Shown here: one piece after another, positions 27,208 through 42,346 of the stretch
Layout of the letters: every line of letters starts with the position of its first letter
How positions within the stretch are numbered: position 1 is the first letter of the stretch
Assembly (NCBI GenBank): GCA_002104945.1
Contig: MCFH01000024.1
Span: forward strand, 248,001-312,000
Direction of reading: 5' to 3'
Source: Piromyces finnis finn
Lineage: Eukaryota > Fungi > Neocallimastigomycota
DNA length: 64,000 nt
The notes under the pieces: generated by a model
What the model saw: the letters and a program-made list of their open reading frames with translations, nothing else
What the model was told of the DNA's origin: nothing
Database searches by the model: none
Made by a program: the position numbers and the translations under genes

Positions 27208-28537
27208 CGACTTTGTTTAAATAATAGAAATTTAAAATTTACTCAGGAATTCCCATGGTTTCCCATTTTATGGTATATAAAGTATTTTGACTTTGAGCAT
27301 TAACAATAATTTTTTTCAATTCTTCTTCTAATACATCTCTTTTATTTGTAGGACAGAGATTAAACATCCTTGTAATATATTCCCTTTATTTGAATAACAT
27401 TATTATTATTATATTTATATATAAATATTGTTATCATAAATAAATAAATAAGTAAATAAATAAATAAAGTAGTAAACATAAGTATAAACATTGAGATAAT
27501 AATAATAATAATGAAAAAATTTTAATTTACTTTAAGGCCTGAGGATATTCAGATTTTTCCTTTTCAGCTTTTTTCTTCATTTCTTCTTCCTTTTTTTTCT
27601 TTTCTATATTACTTTTTATTTTTTCTACTTGTACAGATATAAATTCAGGTTCTTTTTATTATATTCGAAGTGGGTGTTAGAAGAATATTAATATATATAC
27701 ACTTTGAAATCTCAAATTTATAGTATATATAAAATGTTTATTTAAAATTTATTAATAATATCTTTTTGTTTTAATACTTACTAAAAGTTTTATTTTCCGT
27801 TAGTTCAAGTTTAACTTTATTATATGAATTATTATTTGGTTGTTCTTTTGAAACTGTACTATTATTATTAATATAAGCTGGTTTCACAACTGTTGATGGT
27901 GGTTTAGGAATTGTTGCAGATGGAAATGTTGTTGATGTTTGTGTTGCTTGAGGTTGATATAAATTACTTGTTATAATTAATGTATTTAATATTAGTAATA
28001 TTTACAATTTATGAAATTAAAAAAAAAAATAAAATTTAGAGAATAATTATAAATATAGAATATATGAAATAATTATTTTTATAATTTACATTGAATAATT
28101 TTGTTGGTAATATGGATATGTGTATGAAGAAAGGGTTGAATAAGTTTGATTTTGTGTTGGTGTTGTAGATATTCCTGGTGGTCTAGGTATTGAATAATTT
28201 GAAATTCCTAATGTTCCAGTTGATGTTCCAGGTGGTGAAATTCCAGGAGCTGATAATCCAGGTGGTGGAGGTATTCCAGGGGGTGATATTCCAGGTGGAG
28301 GAGGTATTCCAGGAGCTGATATTCCAGGTGGTGGAGGTATTCCAGGGGCTGATATTCCAGGTGGAGGTGGATTAACTGAATTTATATTATTTGTCTGAGC
28401 TTGTTGTGCGAAAGTATTTGAGTATGTATATTGGGAATAAAAATAATTATTATATGGATCCCTTTAATGGTAAATAAATTAATTAAATTAAATTTAAATA
28501 CAAATATAAAAATATGTATATATATTTATTCAAACAT
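25714..28537 (-). CDS. THP3: SAC3/GANP-family protein, LENG8/Thp3 type
   Basis: Motifs: [111 protein letters not shown]-terminus is Pro/Gly-rich. The start codon is uncertain and may be split by an intron at 28462-28535. Confidence 0.9.
28230..28372 (-). repeat. Coding ~30-bp tandem repeat encoding ([10 protein letters not shown])n
   Basis: About 3-4 imperfect copies of CCTCCACCACCTGGAATATCAGCCCCTGGAATA on the minus strand. Confidence 0.9.
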
Positions 28538-29456
28538 TGAAAATATATTTAACAAATTTATAATTTTAATAAGACTTATTTCTAAACTTTTTATTGTATT
28601 TTATTGTATAAAATTGATATTATAATTACATATTATATATATTTGATTATAGAGATATTTTATGATAAATTTCTATATGTTATATTTAGTTTTTTGTTTT
28701 TGAATTTTTTTTCATATTATAATAATATTTCTTTTATAAAGTTGATTAATTGTATTGAGTTTTGTGCTTCTTTATTTTTTAATATCTTAAAGATAAAATA
28801 TTTATGTATTTATATATAATACAAAAATATAAACATATAAATATATATTTTTAAATATATAAAATAAAATTCTTATTAGTATTATATATGCTTTAATATG
28901 AGAAAATATCAAAGATATATATATACATATTTAGTTTTTTTATTTTTATTACCTTTAGTTTTTTAAAATTAATTTTAATTTCTACAATAATAATATATAT
29001 TTTTTTATAATATTAATAATTTTTGCCAAATAGTTAATTTCAAATAGAAATTGACTAAAGAGTTTTATTCCAAATTAAAAAAACTATGAACAAAAATAAA
29101 GAAAAATATTTAATTTAAATTTATTTTTTTCTATTATATAATAATTGTATTATAATGTAAGATGTACAATACAATAATCCAATCATATATATAAAATAAT
29201 TAATAAAATTAGTATAATTTAAAAATTTCTAATATTGAAAATACAAAACTTTAAAATTTAATATAATGATTTCAAAGAATAAATTTTAAATATTTTTTAA
29301 TATACAAAAAAGTAAAAAAAATAGAATAATAAATATATATATATATAAAATAAACCACATAATTTGAAATTATTTTTTTTTAAAAAAAAAAAAAAACAAA
29401 TAAAAACAAAAACAAAAATAAAAGCAATATATATAATATAATAAAAAAAGAGGAAA

Positions 29457-31676
29457 ATGTTAAAGTATCCAATTCAAAATGTGTTAAAAAGTAGTGTACC
29501 AAAAAGTTACACATTATTAAATAAATCATCTGTAAATTTAATTTTTCAAAAATGTTCGAAACACCAATACAATGAAACATTCAAATATGATAATTTATTT
29601 CCAAAGAAAAATTCTGAACTTGACAAAACTCGCCCACTTATCAATATGAAAAATGTATTGTTAGATGGAACTCTTAAACCATTTAAAGGAAACTTTATTA
29701 ATGTTTATTCACCAATTTATTATCAAGGAACAGAAGAAAGAGCATTAATTGGTTCATACCCAGATATGACTCCTGAAGATTCAATTAAAGCCATTAAGGC
29801 TGCTAAAAAAGCTTTTAATAATGGAAAAGGAGGTGCATATTTTGATATAAATATTTTTTTTATGTTGAACCAATTTCTAATATATAATTTAAAATTAATA
29901 AAATAGAATGGCCAAGTATGTCACCATATGAAAGAATTAATGTAATGAATAAATTTTTAAAAGGATTGGAAAAAAATAAAATCGAAATAGCTAAATCAAT
30001 TATGTGGGAAATTAGTAAAAGTTGGGATGATTCTTTAAAGGAAGTTACCAGAACAATAGGTATTTATAGGATTAAATTATTTATTTTAAAGAAAATGAAA
30101 TTCAAAAATTGTATAAATTAAATTTGTTTTTACGCTATATATTATATAATAGAATATATAAAGGATACTATTAAGGCAGTTGAAGACTTGTATAAAAACA
30201 AAAATTTAAGAACTGTAAGTGGAGTAAATGCTTTTATTAAAGATTCTCCAATTGGCGTTATTCTCTGTTCCTCACCTTTTAACTATCCATTTAATGGTAA
30301 TTATTATATTTATATATATATATACTTTTTATATATTAATATTAATTATTTCTCTTTTTTATTTTATATATGAAAGAAACCTATACTACTTTAATTCCAG
30401 CTTTAATCATGGGTAATACAGCTGTAATGAAATTACCAAATTATGGTGTTGTATGTCACTACCTTACATATCAATTATTTAAAGATATTTTCCCTGCTGG
30501 TGTTATAAATATTGGTATATACACTGTACATTAATTTGAATAATATTCTTAATTCATAAATAATGAATTCTTATTGAAACCATATATATATATACAAAAC
30601 AAAAAACATTTGATTAAATAGTTACTGGTGATGGAAGAAAAACTCTTAAGCCAATTATGGAAACAGGTCTTGTTGATATCTTTGGTTTTATTGGTACATC
30701 AAAAGCTGCTTCAACAATTATTAAATATCATCCAAAGCCAAATGCTCTTAAATTATGTTTAGGTTTAGAAGCTAATAATGTTGGTGTTGTTTTGGGAGAT
30801 GTAGATTTAAAAAAAGCTATTCCAGAAGTTGTTTCTGGTTGTCTTTCTTACAATGGTCAACGTTGTACAGCTTTAAAGGTTTTATTAGTTCATGAAAATA
30901 TTTATGAAGAATTCGTTAAAGAATTTTCAGAAGCTGTTGATAAATTAACCCTTGGAATGCCATGGTAAATATAAGAATGATTATTTTATATCCTTTTTTT
31001 TTCGATTTAGTTTTAAAAATTCTAATTAAGATGAAACTGTATATATTAAAAAATAAGGGAAAAATCTGTAAAAATTACACCATTACCAGAAGAAAATAAA
31101 CCAAAATACATCGAAGAATTAATAGATGATGCAATCAAGTATGGAGGATCAATTTGCAACAAAAAGAAAGGTGGCGTAATTGATAGATCTATTGTATCAC
31201 CAATAGTTATTAGAGATGCAAAACCATGCATGAGAGTTGTTCAAGAAGAACAATTTGGACCAATTACTCCAATTATGAAATGGTCAGATATCTCTGAAGT
31301 TCAAGAATTTGTAATGAATTCTAATTATGGACAACAAGCAGCAATTTTTGGAGAAAATCCAGATTTAATTGCTAAAGCAGTTGATTGTTTTGTCTACAAT
31401 GTTGGACGTGTTAATATTAATTCTCAATGTCAAAGGTAAAAACTTTATAAAAAAAAAAGAACTTTCAATCATTTCTTCATAATTAATTTATTAACATATA
31501 TTTTAAACAGAGGACCTGATGTTCTTCCATTTACTGGTAGAAAAGATTCTGCCCAAGGCACTTTAAGTGTAACTGATGCTCTTAAGGTATTCTCTATTCC
31601 AAGTGTAGTAGCTATAAAGTCTAAAGAAGCCGAATTATTTAATAAAGTTAGCCAAAAATCAAAATTCTTGAATTAA
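29457..31676 (+). CDS. gapN: NADP-dependent non-phosphorylating glyceraldehyde-3-phosphate dehydrogenase (GAPN, ALDH superfamily), 7 exons
   Basis: Motifs: [37 protein letters not shown], catalytic Glu in LGLEANN, catalytic Cys in [67 protein letters not shown]. Confidence 0.88.
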
Positions 31677-32106
31677 AATTTAATGATAAATTCATTAAAA
31701 AATTAATTAATATTTAATTAAAATTAATACAATTAAAATTATAAAATAATAACAATTATAAGTGTATCATTCTAAACAATTTTCAAACAAAATCTTCATA
31801 AAACAATTGTAATTAATTTTAACATTTCAACAAAATAATTTATGTATTTGAATAAAAAATGTATTAAATAATTATTAAAGTTAAAAGATTAAGATTAAAC
31901 TAATCCAATCATAATTTAAAATTCTGACCAATAATATTTATGATTACAATAATATAAAAATAAGTTTTTTTTAAAAATAGAATTGTTTTTTACTTCTCAT
32001 CAAAAAAGAAAAGTAAAAAAAAATAATTAATAATAAAAGAATATAATTATAAATATTATATTAAATATTATTAATTAAAAAAAGAGAAAAAAGTTATATT
32101 TATTTG

Positions 32107-32186
32107 TAATTTTGTGATGAATTTCGCTCCTTAATTTTTTATAATGATGACATTTTTTTATTTATCACCAAGATCTCTGAAAATTA
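32107..32186 (+). ncRNA. U24: Box C/D snoRNA U24 (snR24/SNORD24 homologue)
   Basis: Terminal stem TAATTT/AAATTA, box C GTGATGA (32114), C' ATGATGA and box D CTGA (32177). The D guide TTATCACCAAGATCT pairs over 15 nt (two G:U) with LSU rRNA AGAUCUUGGUGGUAG. As I recall it, the same 3' end occurs in yeast U24, which guides 25S Cm1437. Confidence 0.92.
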
Positions 32187-32279
32187 TAAATAAATATAAT
32201 TCAAATTATGTATTTATTAAAGTAATGATAAAGTTATTTTAAAAAATATATAATGAGTTAAAAAAAGGAACATTTTAAT

Positions 32280-32355
32280 TAAGATGATGAAGAATTTTTA
32301 CTATATTATAAGCAATTATATGATAGTAACTAATAAACTACAATTCTCTGATTTA
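32280..32355 (+). ncRNA. Box C/D snoRNA, family unassigned
   Basis: Box C ATGATGA (32284), C'-like ATGATAG and box D CTGA (32348), with a weak TAAG/TTTA stem. The D guide AAACTACAATTC is complementary to GAAUUGUAGUUU. It lies between two clear snoRNAs. Confidence 0.7.
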
Positions 32356-32453
32356 TGAAAATAAGAAATAATATTTTTGATAAGTACTATCAAAATTAAT
32401 ATTTTTTATTAAATAAATAAAGAAAATAAAATGTTCTGGTTAAATTGTTTTTG

Positions 32454-32563
32454 TTATTTAATGATGGTTGTAATTTGCGTTTGAGTGATTATAAGTTGAT
32501 GACACAACGCCTAGTGTCGAATATCTCTTATAATAGATGAAACAATTGTTTAACTGAGAATAA
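32454..32563 (+). ncRNA. U16: Box C/D snoRNA U16/snR87 homologue
   Basis: Stem TTATTT/GAATAA, box C ATGATGG (32461), D' guide GTAATTTGCG followed by T-TTGA, complementary to SSU rRNA CGCAAAUUAC (yeast Am436/human Am484 site). Also C' TTGATGA, internal hairpin GACAC/GTGTC and box D CTGA (32554). Confidence 0.88.
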
Positions 32564-33015
32564 TAAAAACAAAAAATTAAAATTTTATTTTGTTATATAT
32601 TGAAAATGTAGAATATATATTAAAAATAAAATTTCAAATAAAATATTTAATTTAAAAATTATAAAAAACAAAAAATTGTGTAATGAAAGTTGTGAGTGTA
32701 TAGTGAGATGATTTTTGTGTGTTAAGTGTAACGAAAGTATGTTGTACTTTTTTTTTAGTTATTAGGTTAAATGTTTGGGGAAGAGGGATTAAATATAAGG
32801 TTACAAAAATGTATGAAAATTTGATTAATTATAAGTGGTGAATTATTAATAGACAAACAATAAAATTTTTAAATATTATCTTTGATATTGTAATAATACT
32901 CTAAAAATAATTAAAATATTATTCCCATTCGTTTAATCAACTTTAATAAAATATAAAATCAATAAAATTGTATCTATTCTACTTATTTATAATTTTTATA
33001 ACCTTTTTAGTGGAA

Positions 33016-38435
<5,420 letters not shown>

Positions 38436-39355
38436 ATTATAATTTAATCTCAATTAAAATCTAATTTTTGATATGCACAACAAATAATATAAAAATAAAA
38501 TAAAAAAAATGTAAAAGAAAAAAAATATAAATAATAATAAAGGAAATTAAAAAAAAAACAAAAAAAAAGAAAAAATAATATATTGTATTATTATTTTTTT
38601 TATATATAAATAAAATAAAACTAAATAAAAAGAAAAATAAAAGCCAAACAGAATTTAACATAAAACTTTTATTAAAACATTTCGTTAAAGCTAATAGTAA
38701 TTATTTCTTAACCTATAACATTAATATAACTTTATATTATTTTTGCCAATAATTATATCATTGTATAGTTAGTTATTATAATTACATTAATATAAATTAT
38801 GCTTTTGTTCCTTTTTTTAGTGTAATTTTTAATTAAATTAAATGATAATAATAATAATTATAATTTTTAATGTATAAAATTAATGTCATTATAATTATTA
38901 AAATATAAGTTTTTCAATAATAATTGACGAAAAAAAAAAAAAAGTTCAAGGAAAATTATTTGTAATTATGTAAAATAAAAATTTCTCCCAAATTTTTAAT
39001 TTATATTAATCTTTAATTAATAAGATTTTCATAATTCTTTAAAATTTTCAATAGTAAAAATTTTAGCATCATCTGATTTAGTAATTTAAGCTAAATTCAA
39101 GAATATTCATAATAAAATTCACTAATGAATTTATTAAATTAATACAAAATTAACTATGAATAATGAATAGAAAAGTCTTCTTTATTATTATTCACAAAAT
39201 AAATATATATAATATATATAATTAAATTTTTGATTTTTTAATATATAAATAGATTGAAAATTACCTTTTTTTTTTAAATTCATATTTTTTTTAAATAAAA
39301 AAATATAATACTATAATTTTTAATTAAATAATTAATATATTTTTTTTAAAAAAAA

Positions 39356-40342
39356 ATGGGTATCCACAACGAATCCACTAAGCTTCAACAATACACCCAA
39401 GAATTATGGAATGATTACACTAATGATGAAGATATTGTCATTAGAAAATCAAACAATAATTTAAGTGAAAAGTCCAAAAAGACTAAAAAAATGGCTCTTC
39501 CACCAACTCCAAAAAAGAAGGCTCAACCAATTCAACCAGTTAAGGATAGTAAAGAATTAAAAGAAATTAAAGATTTCTTAGAAGAAAATTTAGCTGTTGG
39601 TTTTGGAAGTTTAGTTCCAAGTACTAACAAAAAGAGAGTTAGAAACAGAAAACCAAAGGCTAAGAAGCAAAACGGTCAACCAATTAATTTACAAAATGAA
39701 TTAAATAAATATGATGATGGTTGGGAAACCATGCTTTACAAAAAGAATAAGAAGGAATTAAATCATATGAAGCGTGAAGTTGAAAAAGAAGAAAAGATTC
39801 AAAAGGCTCAAATGTTAAATAAAGGTTTTGTTAGACATAATAGAACTGCTTCTGCAACTGAATCTGAAGTTAAATCCCCAATTAAGCAAAGCAAACAAAG
39901 TAAAAAAGATATGAAAATAATTAAGGAACAATTAGATCAACAAATTGAACTTCAAAAACAAAAACAACAAAAGAAGAATGAAATGGAAAAATGGAACCAA
40001 AAGTTACAAAATGAAAAGAAGAAGCAATCCCAACCATTAAAGGGTACAAGAGGAAAGGAAAGTAAATTCAATAGTATAATTCAAGAACAACAACAACTTA
40101 AAGAAAAAATTAAGAGTGATAATTCAAAACCAAAGGCTAACAAGACTAAGCCACAATCTCCAGAAGAAGATGTTCAAAAGATTATTCAAAAACAAGTAGA
40201 ACATGAAAAACAACAAAAGCAACAAGAATTATTAAAGGCCCAAAAGGAAAAGAAACAACAAAAATTAATGAAACAACAAAAGCACGCTCAAATGGTTGAA
40301 AGAGCTAACAACAAATCAAAAGCAACAAATCAAAAAAAGTAA
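39356..40342 (+). CDS. Intronless Lys/Gln/Glu-rich predicted coiled-coil protein of unknown function
   Basis: 328-aa open frame with the codon usage of well-expressed genes here (CCA, GCT, AAG) and an AAAATG start context. No family recognised. Confidence 0.8.
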   Translation: MGIHNESTKLQQYTQELWNDYTNDEDIVIRKSNNNLSEKSKKTKKMALPPTPKKKAQPIQPVKDSKELKEIKDFLEENLAVGFGSLVPSTNKKRVRNRKPKAKKQNGQPINLQNELNKYDDGWETMLYKKNKKELNHMKREVEKEEKIQKAQMLNKGFVRHNRTASATESEVKSPIKQSKQSKKDMKIIKEQLDQQIELQKQKQQKKNEMEKWNQKLQNEKKKQSQPLKGTRGKESKFNSIIQEQQQLKEKIKSDNSKPKANKTKPQSPEEDVQKIIQKQVEHEKQQKQQELLKAQKEKKQQKLMKQQKHAQMVERANNKSKATNQKK

Positions 40343-40735
40343 AAAGTGATTTAGGTTCAAAATAATAATAAAATGTCTTTGTTGTTACACAGTAGTTCAA
40401 ACTTTTATTAAAGCTTAATTATTATAAATTTGAATTTTTAGTATATAATTTTTATTTTTTTTATATGATTCATTATAATGATCATATAAAAATTATAATA
40501 TTTAAAAATAAAATCAAATTATAAAAATTTGAAATTGAATTAATATAGAACTGTTCCATTATTTTATTTCATTTTTATTATAATTTTCGGTGTTTGATTT
40601 TTTTTTTTGTTATAGTTGAATATTAACAAATATTTAAAAGATATTTAAATAACTAAACTTTATGGTTTTATTTTAATTTTTAAAATTGTTACCTTACTAA
40701 ACTATTATAAAACTCTATTTTATCATGACCAATCT

Positions 40736-42217
40736 TTAATTATTTCTTTTAATTGATGATGTAGTCTTCAAACTTTCTTCAATTAATTTTGCATTTTCAT
40801 TCACAAAATTAATTTTAATATTTTCCCAAATTTTTTGAGAAATCATAAACCATTCTTTTTCATATAATTTTGGAAAGGTATTAATAGATAGTGAGTTTAC
40901 TGAAGTATGTTTCATACGATCATTTATGTTTGAAATTTTGTTTTCTTGTTCTAATAAACTATGCATATTTTTTCTTGGTATATGATAAATCTGTTGTCTT
41001 AAATTTTCAATAAGTAGCTTAAATATATGCTTATTTACATTTTTACTATTTTGTGTTTTGCTATTCTGATTATCTTGAGATTTATAAAATGGTAAAAAGA
41101 AGAAATTTGCAACATTTGTAGCATTTTCTGGTGTAATGTCAGGCATTTTTATTAATCCTTTAACCTTTAATTTTGAATCTTTAAAATATTTATTAAGCTT
41201 TCTATTGAAGTTTCTTGCAACCTCAAGTGAAAAATATTCCGGAGTACATTTATTATTAACAAACACTATCTTTGGATATATATCATTATTATCTCTATCA
41301 CCATCAATATTATATTGCCTATTTATATTATTTTCAAGAGCATTATATTCATATTTATTCTTTTTATCGCTTGATGATCCGTATGATTCCATAATATTTT
41401 CAATTGTTTTTATAAGTTGCCAAAGACTTACATCATTGATATCATCACTGACAGCAACAACAACATGGCAAATTAAGAATAAAAATAATGCAAATTGAAA
41501 AGATTGAATACTATTCCATAAATCAGGCTCTTTAGAATAATTTTCGGGAATGCTATTTTCATAATTTCTTCTTCTTTTCTCAGATTTGAATTTTCTAAGA
41601 ATTGGTTGGGTATCTAATATAATTACTCTTTCTTCAGTAAGATACATGTCAATACCAACTGTATCTTTTTTGGAAATTAATTTAGGGCCTTTTTTATTAT
41701 TTTTTATTTTTGAAAAATGTGAAACAATCGTTGTCTTCCCAACGTTTTCATGACCAATAAACCCAATGACAAATGCATCAACCTTATCAACTAAAACTTT
41801 ATTTACTTGATCGTATAATATTCTATAATTCTCATCCATCAGTGACAAAAGTTCTGTTTTTTGATTTGCTTTATTTAACTTTGTAGATAATAATGATGAA
41901 TTACCTCCATTTGATAAATCCTGTTTTCCTCTCTCAGATTTTAAAGGTGATTTTAATATTTTTTTAATATCAGATGAATTTTGAGTTAAAATTTGATATG
42001 AAACATTGCTATCATTTCTTTTTCCATTATATACATCTTTACTCCATTTATCTCTTCTTAAATCTTCATTATTATAAATATAGATTTTACTATTATTTTT
42101 TTCATCAAATAAACCTCTTTCCTTTCCTTTCCCTTTTCTTTCACGAGCTTCATAATCATCCGTGTAATCTCGTTTTTTAATAATTACATTTTCTGGCATA
42201 TAGCTATTATGATTCAT
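40736..42217 (-). CDS. SMG9: Nonsense-mediated decay factor SMG9 (P-loop NTPase), intronless
   Basis: VIGFIGHENVGKT (P-loop), TVGIDMYLTEERVIILDTQPIL and IQSFQFALFLFLICHVVVAVSD...SLWQLIKT closely parallel animal SMG9 as recalled (QTSGIDFFITQERIVFLDTQPIL; QSLQIAAFLFTVCHVVIVVQD). Confidence 0.9.
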   Translation of the reverse strand: MNHNSYMPENVIIKKRDYTDDYEARERKGKGKERGLFDEKNNSKIYIYNNEDLRRDKWSKDVYNGKRNDSNVSYQILTQNSSDIKKILKSPLKSERGKQDLSNGGNSSLLSTKLNKANQKTELLSLMDENYRILYDQVNKVLVDKVDAFVIGFIGHENVGKTTIVSHFSKIKNNKKGPKLISKKDTVGIDMYLTEERVIILDTQPILRKFKSEKRRRNYENSIPENYSKEPDLWNSIQSFQFALFLFLICHVVVAVSDDINDVSLWQLIKTIENIMESYGSSSDKKNKYEYNALENNINRQYNIDGDRDNNDIYPKIVFVNNKCTPEYFSLEVARNFNRKLNKYFKDSKLKVKGLIKMPDITPENATNVANFFFLPFYKSQDNQNSKTQNSKNVNKHIFKLLIENLRQQIYHIPRKNMHSLLEQENKISNINDRMKHTSVNSLSINTFPKLYEKEWFMISQKIWENIKINFVNENAKLIEESLKTTSSIKRNN

Positions 42218-42299
42218 TATTAATTACGACAACATTAATATTTCTTATACTTCATTGAAAACAATTATATTACTGTCTAATACCTTTTAATATTAATGA

Positions 42300-42300
42300 T

Positions 42301-42346
<46 letters not shown>
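42300..42346. repeat. (AAT)n microsatellite upstream of SMG9
   Basis: Direct reading. Confidence 0.9.

Noticed and set aside
28230-28372. Regular ~30-bp repeats as a CRISPR array or collagen-like gene
   Set aside because: No unique spacers; these are coding Pro-Gly repeats in Thp3 and not Gly-X-Y periodic.
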